Positions 12,923 to 25,652 of a stretch of DNA of 64,000 nucleotides are shown in pieces (position 1 is the first letter of the stretch; each line of letters begins with the position of its first letter). The position numbers and the translations under genes are program-made. The DNA lies in NCBI GenBank assembly GCA_002104905.1, contig MCFE01000487.1, forward strand, positions 3,644 through 67,643, read 5' to 3'. The notes under the pieces were generated by a model. It did not search any database. It was not told the DNA's origin and worked only from the letters and a program-made list of their open reading frames with translations. This DNA comes from Basidiobolus meristosporus CBS 931.73 (taxonomy: Eukaryota; Fungi; Basidiobolomycota).

Positions 12923-14977
12923 ATGGAGCGTTATGAAATAATTTGTGAACTGGATAAAGGAACTTATGGAACTGTTTTGCAAGCAAAGGATAAGCAAACC
13001 GGAGAGATTGTAAGTGATAAGATTCACTTGTTGAAGCCCGGAACAGGGTAATAATCTCTACGACTTTCTATTCCCATCTAGGTTGCTATTAAAAAGATCA
13101 AAAACAACTTCGCCAACTGGAAGGAATGTTTAACTTTACGTGAATTGAAGGTTTGTTATATTTTTGGATTGTGCTCTTGTGCCGTATTTTAACCTCGTGC
13201 ATAGGTCCTGAAAAAGCTATCTCACCCGAATATTGTTCGCCTTGATAATGCTTTTGTGAGACGTAATACACTTTTCCTCGTTTTTGAGTTTATGGACAAG
13301 AACCTCTATACCTTCATTCAAGAGCAAGATGGGATTCTCATCGAGGAAAGTCGTATACAGTCCATCATGTGAGGCAATCTATACTCTTCACTCATATAAC
13401 TGCAAGATACTAAACATGTGAATCTTGAAGGTTCCAGATATTGAATGGATTGGAGTATATACACAGAAAAGGATACTTTCACAGGGATATAAAACCTGAA
13501 AATATTCTCGTTAGAGATAATATCGTCAAAACGGCAGATTTTGGACTAGTGCGAGAGATCAAAAGTAGTCCACCATATACTGACTACGTGAGTACTCGGT
13601 GGTAATATCGTCTTTCGCAGTAATGAATTGCCATTCAGTATTTTAATTGCCAGTTGATAATAGGTATCGTGCTCCAGAAGTTCTATTAGGCGCATCATTT
13701 TACTCCACACCGATTGATATTTGGGCTGCAGGCGCTATTATGGCTGAACTTTATACCCTACGACCACTCTTTCCTGGCCAGAGTGAAATAGATCAAATCC
13801 TTAAAATATGTCATATACTTGGGACACCGGATACCATTGATCCAAAATCTTCGTGGGCGGAAGGTGTGAAATTGGCATCTAGGTTGGGCTTTCAGTTTCC
13901 GAACGTAAGAATGCGTTGAATTTCTATATGTTAATGCGTTATCATGATATACTTAGAAGTATACTATAGATGAACCCCGTTAGCCTTAGCCATATTATCC
14001 CGAATGCTTCAAGTGAAGCCATTCACTTAATGTCTAGCATGCTGAAGTTCGACCCCAAAGCTCGGATCAGTGCTCGCCAAGCCCTTCGCCACCCATACTT
14101 TTGCAAGACCAGAAAAGCAATATTGCCTCGGATTTCTTTGTTCGACCGCTATTCGCAAGCATCATATCAAAAGCTCTTAACTAGTAATCCATTCAAACGA
14201 TTTTCAAAAGAGGCTGAGGATATCATCCCTGCTCTTGGAAATCTAGAACAAAACGTCCCCTTACTAAACCATACACAAAGTAATAGCCAAGAGAGGCTCT
14301 TCCAAGATGTGGACATGAAATATACACCGGAACTAACCCTGACTGATATACCTATCCTACCGCAACTAGAGGACTATAGCATTGATCCGATGATGGATGG
14401 TCTGTCGTTTGACGTGAGTAAATTCTTGAATTGCTGGAAACGGGATGTAGGCTATCCTGATTCCACTAGCAATTCGACTGATATGGAAATATGCAAAGCA
14501 AAGCAAATCTACACTGGAAAAAGCTCTAGACATTCAGCGTCAAGCAATCCCTTGGATGTAGCAAACAGCATTTCTGAAGATACTGATGGAGTAAACTCTA
14601 CTAGCAACCGCCTCGATATGTATCAGTCTATGATGAATACTCAAGTGGCTGAACCGTCCTCAGATACATTTCTTCTGACCCATTTTGAGCAGAACAAAGC
14701 TAAGCAAGATTCAAATCTTTGTTACGATATGCTAAACCCGCCATTTAATGTCGGGCAACCTCACCGTGAAGTTACTCGCGAAGAAAGCCAGCATTACGCA
14801 GCTGAACTCAGTATTGAAACGTTACTTCACGAAGTTAATGACATGACGCAGGAAGTCAATGCACAGCCATCAACATCAGCTTCGCAGAACTACTCTCAAC
14901 ACAATACTGACGTGTTAGTCACCAGACCAAGAAAGGCGTCTGTATCATTCACTCGATTTTTTAATTGGAATCGATAA
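12923..14977 (+). CDS. MAK/ICK/Ime2-related CMGC Ser/Thr kinase, 6 exons (12923-13009, 13082-13150, 13205-13368, 13431-13601, 13664-13904, 13970-14977)
   Basis: GT..AG introns join in frame [34 protein letters not shown], activation loop [15 protein letters not shown] (TDY) and a long C-terminal tail. Confidence 0.92.
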
Positions 14978-15706
14978 TTCCATCCCAAAATGTGGTTAAA
15001 GCTGCTACGAACTGTAAGTATTTCATAGTTATATTCCCCACCAGAATCAAGCCTTAATTATCGTAGAATTTTTACTTGTATTTGTTTCGAATGTATATAT
15101 TGCTTGAAAGTTGCATAATCTAAAGGAATAGAGCATAGTATTGAACGTGTTTATGCCAGAAAGTTGTCCGGAAACAACACTTACAATAATAACAGTGTAA
15201 GGGTTATTCTGACTAGTTACACTGTAACGGTCATAATTGGATCAATGGGGTGGAATCTCCCTGTTTTTAGTGCAAGACATGCTGGTGGTGGCTTAAAATG
15301 TACATATGATATAGTATCAGGAGGTTAGCTCGTAGCAACATCGCAAGAAGCACGTCAGGTGCTGTAGTTTCTGGCATTATCTTTCGCCAAAGCAGTGATC
15401 GGCTGGAAAATGAAAAGTACTCGAGGAGTAACCTCCACTGTTGAAACGGTATCCAGGGCTTCAACAATGTGAATAGTGCATTCAGATCATTGTAGAGTTG
15501 CACATTCATAACTTCCTTTCGGCCATCGCTGTCATTGCGGTGCCAATGGGTATTGCAAGCGGCAAATTGGCGGATCACATTGCATCACATAGCCTAGTCC
15601 ACACGAGAGCATATGCGAAGCTTCCTAATTAAGATGCCGATGAATGACTGGCTGTATATACAAATCAGCACCCGCAAGCACCAGCTACGCGCTAAGGGAC
15701 CTTGGG

Positions 15707-15745
15707 GATATAGATACAGATATAGATATAGATATAGATGTAGAT
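15707..15745. repeat. (GATATA)n microsatellite
   Basis: About 6.5 imperfect hexamer units. Confidence 0.85.
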
Positions 15746-16159
15746 TCAACATGACTTCAGCAGATCATTCAGTTTTGTGTAAGTGGTTAGCAGCTGGAGT
15801 TGAGGGATGCACATTGGTGTTCGTTTATATCAGCTATAGTACGCTTCCACAAATCTCATTCAGGTGATGGTGTGTTCATCAATTCCTGCTGGCAACGGTG
15901 ATTGGGTGAAATCAGGTCTATAGGAGATGTGAGCAACACGCCGTACTTATAGGATTCAATACAAATATATTCAGCAATATGCCTACAGGATCCATGCACG
16001 CATAGCTACATCTAATCCAATAGGTAGAGCACCATGCCAAGCTTAGTCATACCTGCCAGGATCAGTCATATGTGATATCTACCTCGGGCTGGCACTCTAA
16101 CTAGCTTCACAACGTTGTTTCTTTGAAGCGCCCCTACACTTTATCAACACACCTTCGTA

Positions 16160-17419
16160 ATGGATAGCCGACCTCTGCCTCCTGGATGGTATTTACCTTG
16201 TTGCTCCCAGTCGTAGTTGTATCGCAGCAGTAGTGCTTATTCGGCTGGGTTTTTGTAGGATTTCCCAAATAGATTCTGGAAACCAGCGTACATACTACAC
16301 AAGTCGGCATCATTCTGTAACCTGTTTATTTGGACTTTCGTTAACATAGATGTTGCTTTCCTAGATACTAATACTGGTCAGTCTACCTGGGATGATCCTC
16401 GACCGGAGTATTATGCAAGAGAAGGAGGTGGCCAGCACCATGGATCTTCTATGCCCTCTCCATACTCTGGTGACAGCTATTCAGGCAATCAGTCCCAGGG
16501 CAATCCACCCCACTCCGGCTCCGCTCCGCTTGGTTTTGCTTTCCCCGATAATTCTGCATCTAACCAAAGCCACCAGACTATGGCCATGCCTGGTTCCACC
16601 GACAACTATTCCTCTGGCGGGTCTGGCTCAAACATGCCTGGTATGCCCAGTACTAACCAAGGATCGTATCAGCAGCATGGTGGACAAAACGAATATTCCG
16701 GCACCCAGAATGCGAACTATTCACAGTCGCAAACTGGGTCGCACAAGTCGGAATCCGCTGGAACTGCATCCACTTACGTCTCTGGAAGTGGGAACCAACC
16801 TGGTGAAAGCTTCCCCACATCCAGTAGCAGCAACTCAGGGTCCAACCAACCACTTGATCCCAACGCTGGGGATCAGGAGCGTTTTTTGGGCATCAATAAG
16901 CAATCTGTGATTGGCGCCGTGGTAGGTGGGATCGCTGGGAAGATCATCTCTTCACAGTTCCCATCCAACTCTTCGTCGAAACCACCCTCGTCCGGTTCGC
17001 ATCAAAACCAAGGGTACGGTGGACAAAACTATGGTGGGCAGCACCAGCAAGGGCAGCAATACGGAGGTAATCAACCCCAGCAGGGGCAAAGCTATGGCGG
17101 GCAATCGCAAGGGCATCAGTATGGTGGTCAGCAATACGGTCAGCCCCAAGGACAGCAATACGGCCAGCCACAAGGACAGCAATACGGCCAGCCCCAAGGA
17201 CAGCAATACGGTCAACCACAAGGGCAATATTATGGCGGCCAGTCTCAAGGATACCAGGGTGGTGGGTCGTCACAAAATCAGTACAACAATCAGCCAGCAC
17301 ATGGCAAGCCAACCAGTGAATCGAGCCATGGAGGCATGAGCTCACTGCTTTCGGGCGGCCTTGGTAGCATGGCACTAAACATGGTCCAAGACAAGATACT
17401 GGGAGGTAAGAAGCACTGA
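16160..17419 (+). CDS. WW-domain protein with Gly/Gln/Ser/Tyr-rich low-complexity tail (Wwm1-like architecture); exons 16160-16188, 16259-16302, 16365-17419
   Basis: Splicing gives MDSRPLPPGWISQIDSGNQRTYYTNTNTGQSTWDDPR (WW signature), in frame with the 16451 ORF; GQQYGQPQ tandem repeats. Confidence 0.88.
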
Positions 17420-17767
17420 TTGTGTGGAAGATTCACTCGAGCCAGTTCTGAGGGGAGGGGTTTCATTCTATTACCTTACTTCACTATACGTACAATGATT
17501 TTAATCGACCACTGGATTTCGAATGTGTTTAATTGCTCATATGAATATATAAAATTTACCGTTAACCATTGGTATCTCTGGCCAACTAAGGTTAGCGCCA
17601 CCAGCATACCAAAGAAATGGAGTTCATGGTGCCATATGGCGGGGTTATCTAAGTGCACGGGTGGTTCTACCCGCCTATGAATGGTTCATAACACTGGCGC
17701 GTTGAGAAGCAATCCAGGATGAGTACAGCTAAAGACAAACCCACCGAGGCCAGAGCAGTATGGGCCT

Positions 17768-18529
17768 TCAAATGTACATCGTTAGGGATGAGGGGAAATA
17801 TTCCCATGAGAATGGGCATTCGATGCGATGGCGGGGAATCGGAGGAACTTTACACCAGGTCAGGCCGCCAAACCCGGGATTTCCCAGCAGGAGGAGGGCG
17901 CGGGATGCGGGAGAATGGTCGGAATTGAGCACCACTTTCATGGGTCGAAGATACCCCAGGGGCAACCATCTCGATTCAATCGATGGGATCTCCAGCAGCA
18001 CCAGGACTTTCTGGAGATGGAACTTCCCACCTCCTTCGTGAACCTGGACCTTCAGTAGATTCTCCTTGGTGAGGATGGATCGACTCCTAGGGGGCAATTT
18101 GAAGCGAGTATCCAGATCGGTCTGGTCAACTTCGGAACCAGAGAACATGGTAATCAATTGGTGATCGGGATTCAAATCCATCATGATGGCCTTGGGCGTG
18201 ACTGCCATTCATCAGCAACAGTCCTCCCGCTTCAAGGTAGTCTTATCAGTGCATGCAGTGTATTGGGTGATGAGCAGATCGTGCTGGCCGTCCCCAAGAT
18301 CACTACAGCAATCCACCGTGTAGAACTCCAACATGGGCGCTTCATCATCCAACTCATTCTCCCCCACGAATGCCTCCTCCAGGGTTGGCTCTTCGGAGAA
18401 AAGGGTTGCAAGAGGGGGGCTTTCCACATAGTTGTTCATAGGGTAGACGAAGGAAGGGGTGATATGGACGCAGCTATCTGAATATACAGCAGAGGGAACC
18501 TGGGACTTCCTTCTCGGCTCCTGGGACAA
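17768..18529 (-). pseudogene. Hypothetical protein in two same-frame ORFs separated by TGA-TGA (disrupted or unresolved spliced gene)
   Basis: ORFs 18212..18529 and 17768..18208 share a frame; GC-balanced, coding-like composition; no family recognised. Confidence 0.3.
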
Positions 18530-20346
18530 TGGGATGTTGATACAATCTCCGTGTCGATGTGTGTATTATATGAGAGTCGGCGAAACATCAACCGGCAAGC
18601 ATATCGTACGAATTGGCCAGTCAATAGGAAGACCTCATTCTCAACCAAACCAGGATGGTAGTCCGTGACGAATATGATTCAGTATTTTCTACACTCGAAG
18701 GAAGATCACCCCCACAAACCGCATGATGAATGTCAATCATGACTTTGGGTAGATATTATGAGATGTCGGGAATGGCGAGTCCATAACCGTGACTCCGCGA
18801 TCCCATCCACCATACTTTATCGTGTTTATGTTACGCCAGCCAGATTTACTGTTCGTGCGAACAGATAAGTCTATCTTGGATGGTGCAGTAGTGTTGCTGG
18901 CCACAAGCAGTTAAGGTTGGGTATATGAAGCTGCCAGCTTTGGTTATTGGATCCCATCGTGCACTGGTAGAAAATCACGCACCTTGGAGCCGTGGTACAG
19001 TTCTGCTCAGTATCAATGGATTCGAAGCAACGGTAACACAGGTAATCGCAAATGTCGAATTCTTCCCGGGAAATTCAGCTCCGTAGCCCATCCCAACATC
19101 ATCGGAGTTCAGGAGGTTTTTAGAACGGCATATTGACCCTGGTGTCCCATAGTATAGGCTTCCACATGGGACATGCTTAGTTAGTATCTGCCACTTCGAC
19201 CAGCGCTAAGCACGAAACATCTCTGGGGCACATCCGTATACGAAGATCTGATAGAGAGAAGAATAATGTGTACCCATGCTAACTCCTGACATGGAAGGTA
19301 CAGCGACCCACAGTGCGGGTTCAATCTGATTCCAATTTGGCACCCGGTAGCTTCCTGTCATATCATGGATGGTGAAGGGTGCTTAGTGCTAGTGGTTGGG
19401 GTAAAGATACGTGGATTCCTTCATTCCAAGTCGGTGAACACGAAGGAGTTGTACCCGCAGAGCAGAGATTCCCTGTTGCGGCATTCCTTACAAAACACTC
19501 CAAGAAAGCCGTGGAGAATGAACAAACAGAATAGCCCTTCCCCGTTATCTCCAGAGGTCCCAGAATCGGCACCCATCTAACGGCTCTTGTGTGGTTTGGG
19601 TGTTCCTTGCCATGCTCAGCCAACAGCGAGCTGCGAGGGTTTGCTTGGGAGCAATTTGGTGTCTAGCCAGCTATCAGCAGAGCAACATGCGTAGAGACTA
19701 GCAATGTCTCCGTTACATCGTCTGCAGGCGAATCGTTGGATGGTGGCCCATCGCACTATTCATAGTACAGAAGCAGGATGTATGCTGGCAGCTATCAAAT
19801 CATCCCCATGAAGATCCGGACCTTGTAGGTCTGTTTCATTCGACGCTGGGTGATCCTGCTGGATGATAGGTGATGTGGCCTCGGATGGCACCACCAGTTC
19901 CATAACAAGGTCACCCGTAACCTCATGATGGGTTTAGCCAACGTGGGAATGCCCGTGGTGGCTGGTATACTTCGCCAAGGCTCAACTGTACCGCTGCTTC
20001 GGTCGCAAATCTCGAACCGTTTGACGCAGAGGTTGTTGGGGAATTTCGCACCAACCGGATCCCACAGCATACGTGCATGGAGTACTAATCAGGTTGGCCA
20101 GTCCATGGATTTAAGCCCCGTTGCCAATCAATGTCACCAGGTGATGGTGATGTGGGGCATATGTAGCCAACGCCAACTACACATGCATCCAAGCCGGCGT
20201 CCGCATCGGGTATGCCTGTCGATGGAGACAAGTCCGAACCAGGTGCATGCGCCTCGGAGGATATCCAATCTGAGCCTCGGTGGTGTCCATCGTACAAATA
20301 GCCCACCGGACAAGTCAAGACACTCAATCCCACCATTCCTAGCCCG

Positions 20347-20799
20347 ATGTTTCACCCATTCTCCATATTACTTATCATTCTACCGTGGGTGGCTGGTGCA
20401 CCACTGGGGATGAGTGACCAGTGTGCGGCATTAACCGTATTCCCACTTGAGCCTTCGAAGAACCCAGGCCGCAGAGCAGAGTTTGCGCCCGGCCAGGAAG
20501 TCACGCTGAAATGGAGCTCTCGAGGACTGGATCTGAAGCACATCCGAGAGATAGGCCTGTTCGACGCAAGGAGCAACGAGTTCTTGCATAGCCAGTTCAG
20601 AAGCCATCCAGGGAAAGCCATTCAAGAGGGGAAGATGACGTTCTCGCTGGAGATCCCCCTGTGCCTCCAGCGGTACGACACCTACTACCTCCGTATCTAC
20701 GCGAGCACCGGGGGCCACCATATATGCAGCCTGAAATCAGCCACCTTTCGGATCGCCACACCCAATCAAAACTACTCCAAGTGCAAAGCTAATGTTTAG
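20347..20799 (+). CDS. Small secreted protein, possibly Kre9/Knh1-like N-terminal Ig-like fold
   Basis: Signal-peptide-like MFHPFSILLIILPWVAGA; GQEVTLKWS motif; C-terminal SATFRI; 4 Cys. Confidence 0.7.
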   Translation: MFHPFSILLIILPWVAGAPLGMSDQCAALTVFPLEPSKNPGRRAEFAPGQEVTLKWSSRGLDLKHIREIGLFDARSNEFLHSQFRSHPGKAIQEGKMTFSLEIPLCLQRYDTYYLRIYASTGGHHICSLKSATFRIATPNQNYSKCKANV

Positions 20800-22131
20800 A
20801 CGTGCGAAATGTATATTCACTCGGGTTGATCAGGGTTTCGGGGATTTGTATAGATGCGGATGAATAAAAGATAACTGCCTCCTCGGGCCCATTAGAGTAA
20901 AAGATGGCGCATGTGACACATACCTAGAATTCCATCCCCGTTGGCCAGAGCAGAGTCCACTGTCGGCCACCGGTTGCCCTCGACGATCAGGTGATCGTAC
21001 TGAAAAGAAGCAAACGTCGAGACTGGGTGTCGTTGAGATCACCAGCTAGGAGGTGGCAGCAAGCATTTGCTAGCGTCACGAGCAGAATATTGCCAGGGTC
21101 GACTGGACACCGCCTCCCAACCTGTAGATGCCGAAAATCCCACCGGCGAACCCCCTTCACCGCACCAGTCGACCATTCTGGTAGGCCGGATAGGTCCATC
21201 CCATCCTGTGTGGGAACTGAGTACGGATGGTCACTCAACGGCCGCAAACCCATGTGTCGCTTCCATGCAGTTAAGATGTCAGCAAGGAACTGAATCTACT
21301 TCGGCAAGGCCCCGATGGAAATAGATCCGGCCACGGTGGAGCCTGCTTAACCACACAAATGGATCCATCTGATCAGTGAATTCGCATCCAATGAATGGCT
21401 CGTCCGCGGCAGCGCCTCCTCCTCCTCAGCCAATACCAGGATCCGGATGTGGTTGCCAGCAGCAGCATCTGTACACAAGGTGCACTCGGGGTTGGCTTCG
21501 TTCTCCGCCCAGCTAATGGATGGCGACACCTGTCTGTGGGAAAACACAGGCGTCCCCCCGTCTATGGGGAAAATGAGGAGTTTCAGGCAGGGCCGGATCG
21601 TAGTTGGGGCGCAAGAAATGCATCCATCCTGAAGGCAAGCTTCTCGAGTGGCAATGCGTAGGAATGCCAGAGGCGTGCCGGGAATGGATGCCGGGTATTC
21701 AGTGGGACACCTGGACCACCTTGAGCCGCTCCGAAGATCCACTCTCGATTCGGGCGAAATTCCCACCCCTTGATTTGCACGAGTCCATGGCGGAAATATT
21801 GGGATTCCAAGGGCTACGGATCTGGAACCAGCCATCTACGCCATCCACTCCATCATGCAAAGCTTGGCCATTGAATTCGATTTATTACTGGGGGCAGTTG
21901 GCAAGGTGGATTATGTACATGAATGAGGCACTCGTTGCCGGGTATTCGGGGCGTTCCTATGAATAAGCATGTGCGGAATCTATGATGTTCTGCCGAGCGT
22001 CGGGGAAATCAATGAATGGGGGAGAAGGGGGACCGAAGGTAGACGTGGACGAGGGAACTGTCGCCTCGTGCCCCATGCGCCCTCGAATGGGCCGTGCATC
22101 TTTGGATCCAGCGAGATGCGAGAAGCTTCTC

Positions 22132-22800
22132 TCACTCACCAGTCAGGCCGACTTTGAATTTGCCATCCTTTCTATCATGAGTCTTCATGTGTTGCCCTAG
22201 GTTGTCTCTTCTCGAGAACGATTTGCCACACCCTTCCACTTCACAGGAGTATGGCCGCTCAAGGGTGTGTACGCGAAAGTGCCGCTTCAGGTGTTCGAAC
22301 CGCTTGAATCGCATCTGACACCCAGGGAACTGGCATGGATGGCACTTGTCGACCGTATTGTCCGGAGCTTCGTCCAATTGCTTGCGCGTGCGATACTGCA
22401 TGGGCTGGTACGGGTAAAGCCGATGCACTGCCTTCATGTCGGCGAGTGATCTTGTATGCCACGTTTCAACGGCCACTGGGTAGGGTCGAGCGGCAGTTGG
22501 AGAGAGGGTCCCGGGCTTGGTCTGCGGGATTGTTGTGTGGGTTGTGTTGGGTTTCAGCGCTAGGCTGGTGGGCGGGAAAGGACAGACGCTGAACGGGCCC
22601 TCGTCTGGATCGAAATTGAGCAATTTGTAGATGTTGCTTACTCGGGGCGGGTTGCTTGGATACCCCATAGGTGGGTGAGTGGCAAGGCTAGGGTCGCTTA
22701 GAACACCGCGCATGGAGGTTGAGTAAGAATAGTCGGTAGGAAGGTCGAGTTGTGGCAGGACGTCCTGCCTTTCAACGTCAAAGTAGTTTTGTGTCAACAT
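22132..22800 (-). CDS. C2H2 zinc-finger transcription factor, paralog of 10180..11175
   Basis: [53 protein letters not shown]. Confidence 0.92.
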   Translation of the reverse strand: MLTQNYFDVERQDVLPQLDLPTDYSYSTSMRGVLSDPSLATHPPMGYPSNPPRVSNIYKLLNFDPDEGPFSVCPFPPTSLALKPNTTHTTIPQTKPGTLSPTAARPYPVAVETWHTRSLADMKAVHRLYPYQPMQYRTRKQLDEAPDNTVDKCHPCQFPGCQMRFKRFEHLKRHFRVHTLERPYSCEVEGCGKSFSRRDNLGQHMKTHDRKDGKFKVGLTGE

Positions 22801-24781
22801 GATCGTCGAATAGTCGAAAAGTAGCCGCTGTCGAGAAACGAAGAGTTCGTAGGCCCAAAGAAAACCCCAGGGACTTGGCGTCTGGTGAGGGCAATGCTGT
22901 CCTTCCGAGTGGTGGACACCGGGCTTATATACGAATAGGCGTGTGACTCTCGTGATTCATGACGGAGAGCTGAAAAATCCATGGAAATAGGGGACTCAGT
23001 CAGGGAAATTTGGGGATTTCCCAGCCATTCTGGACCATTTCATCACCAGAGACTGGCATCCCGTGATGTTGTTGACAGGTAGCAAATGCCCGATTTTGGG
23101 GGCGGGATCAACGATTGGCTCGATACAAGGGAAACTGAGCACACTCGCAACGTGCTGGTCAATATGAACATTACGGTGGTCACCCACCACAACCGCCAAT
23201 TTATCCATTCCGGGTTTCTCTCTGATTTGGATTCTGGTAACCCCCATCGTCGAGCATAGGTATCCCGGCCCCAGCAATCGTACGGTCGGACTTGGTCCCT
23301 TTTGGCAGCAAGATGTAACAATCTCGCTCTCTCGTTGAGGTCACAGAAGCAAATCCGTAATAAAGCCTACTTGTCCAACAGCTTGAAGTACTACTAGGGA
23401 TTGGATGCAAAAAGGGGAATCCCGGAAAGCGGGGTTGCTGGCTCGTTGATTTATCGAGTGAATCGACATATGCGGTGGGTGGATATGCGAGGTGGTTGCG
23501 GGTGGCCTAAGCATCCTCTCGGCATTCAATGGTCGCTGCTGACCTCTAATCCCATTGTGAACGCCAATCGCCCACACGCCGGAAGCTTTCCATATCTGTT
23601 GGTTGACCATAATGATTCTCCATGAATTCGAGGTGCTGAACAGCTTAATTTGAGTAACCATGCTTGTCCAGTAAATCGTTGCGCGTCTGGTAAGCCTGAA
23701 GATGGTTCTCCGTGAATCACTGGTGCTCATCAGTCATCGTAACTCACCCAAATGAGGTGCACCCATGGAAGTAAATGTGACATGGAAAATCGATATCGAA
23801 ATATTGAGATTACTGGTTGATCTACTGGTTAAGAATTGAGGGTGAATTCCTGTGACAGTTTTGTGCAATCCTCAATGGGAATCTATGTTAGTGGGGCGTC
23901 GAGTCTTTCGCACACTCGGCGGGCCCATGGGTGACTTCCAGATCTTCTCTCCTCTGCTACAGTGAGGAATGTTCACTCGAGGCTGCGATTCAATACCCAG
24001 AGTAATCGCTAGCCGCTTATTGTATATGAATTCATTGGACATGGGTAATTAGGCGCGGTATTAATAATCTGCAGCAAATTCATGAAGTTGAGATTTGTAG
24101 CACATCCAAGCACTTCAATCACTGCGTCCATAAGTGGGACCTGAAGTAGTGCATTCGGGTAGCCTCCATTGATTTGAAATACTTAAAATATACTCAACCG
24201 AGCCCATTTTGTACCTCTGATAGATCTTTTATGCTATCAATGGTTTCCTAATTCTAACCCACTCTTAGAAACCTCATGGATATATGTCTCACGTGGGGAG
24301 CGTTTGCCACCATTTGTGGTCTTGGTCATGTACTATTTCATAAACAGAGTCTCAACTCTGTTGGGAATGAATTTTGCAGGTGTATCTTGTTGTTTACTCA
24401 GAAACATGAATATCTTGTAAAAATGTGACACCTTATAAGAACTACAAACACTGTACCTGACATTGCATGGCCTCTGACAGTATGTTCTAATGGTATGCAA
24501 TGTTTGGCCTGGTTTGCAAAAGCAACACATGAATCAATAGGTGCTGGACTAGCAAAAGTATGGGATACAAGTCAGGGTGCATAATTGTTGTGCACTATGA
24601 ATGCACATCTGATTGCAAAAAATTCTCACCTGTGGATATGAAAAGCTGCCTATAAGCATTTGATGAACACTACGTAATTTTAACTTTCTTGTTACAAATT
24701 TCTGGTTTCTAAGTCACTGTGCATTGAGCTAGTAAATTCTTCTAGGTGATGTAGTAATGGATGTTACTAAAGCTGAGGCAC

Positions 24782-25652
24782 TGTTGTAAGAGTTTTGGAG
24801 ATACTGGAAGTGAATGGGTGTTATGAATAGACACAAGGCAGGAGGAAAAGCTAGGCATGGCAGGAAAGGACTTAGGTGTGGACCATCAAGGCAAGGCAGG
24901 ATTCAAGGCAAGGCTGTTTATTCAAGACCTGTGTTTATCAGACTGAGGAATACTTAAGGGGGGATAGGACTATATATACTTTTTGGCTATACTGATGCCA
25001 AGAGATATTAGCTAATACTAATGGGGTTGTGGGGTGAGGCACAGCAATGGTGCTGGGGATAATGACATAGATGACACGGCACTGAGACAGGATGGGGAAA
25101 TGGATTGGGTCACCTGATCATGTGACTAAGTCATGTGACCTGGTATTTCCATATATGGTACTGGACTATGAAAAAAACGATGGAAAGCTTCCATGGAATG
25201 TTCCATTGTGTAACAATGGTTTGGAATGGTCAGGAACTTTCTGGAAGGTGGTAGAAGGTTCCAGAAGGAATCTCTTAGAAATTGAGCTAGGAAGCTGAAA
25301 CTTGGGATGGGTGTTCATGGTTGTCATGTGATCATGACAATGGGAGCACAAGTAGATTATGTGGTATTCACTTTATGATTTATTCAATGTGAAAGTAGTA
25401 CTTATACTTTTACATAGTCTTGGCAAGATAAACATGTAGAATATGTTTAGAAGGCTTCCAAAAACATGTGTGCAAAGTTTGGGGCTGCTTGGACAACTTT
25501 GCAAAATCTCATGTTCTGGGTGCCCCATATTTAGTGAAAACATCAAGTAAATCCCAAAAAGATATTTGGTTAGAATTTTCTAAGACTTGTAGGTAATGAT
25601 CTAAGTGACCAAGTTAGGTGAATGCTTAGGTGTAATTATAAAATTTACAACA
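24782..25652 (-). mobile_element. Family A solo LTR (inverted), split by a family B LTR
   Basis: TGTTGTAAGAG...TTTACAACA; flanks GGCAC/GACAC (TSD with one mismatch). Confidence 0.88.
24819..25339 (-). mobile_element. Family B (gypsy/chromovirus) solo LTR, 521 bp, TSD ATGGG
   Basis: TGTTATG...CATGACA flanked by ATGGG on both sides; reverse complement of 58319-58847 and 61278-61806. Confidence 0.92.

Noticed and set aside
17768-18208. Faint resemblance to a B3-type DNA-binding domain; selenocysteine reading of TGA-TGA
   Set aside because: Similarity too weak to support by eye; no evidence for a SECIS element.
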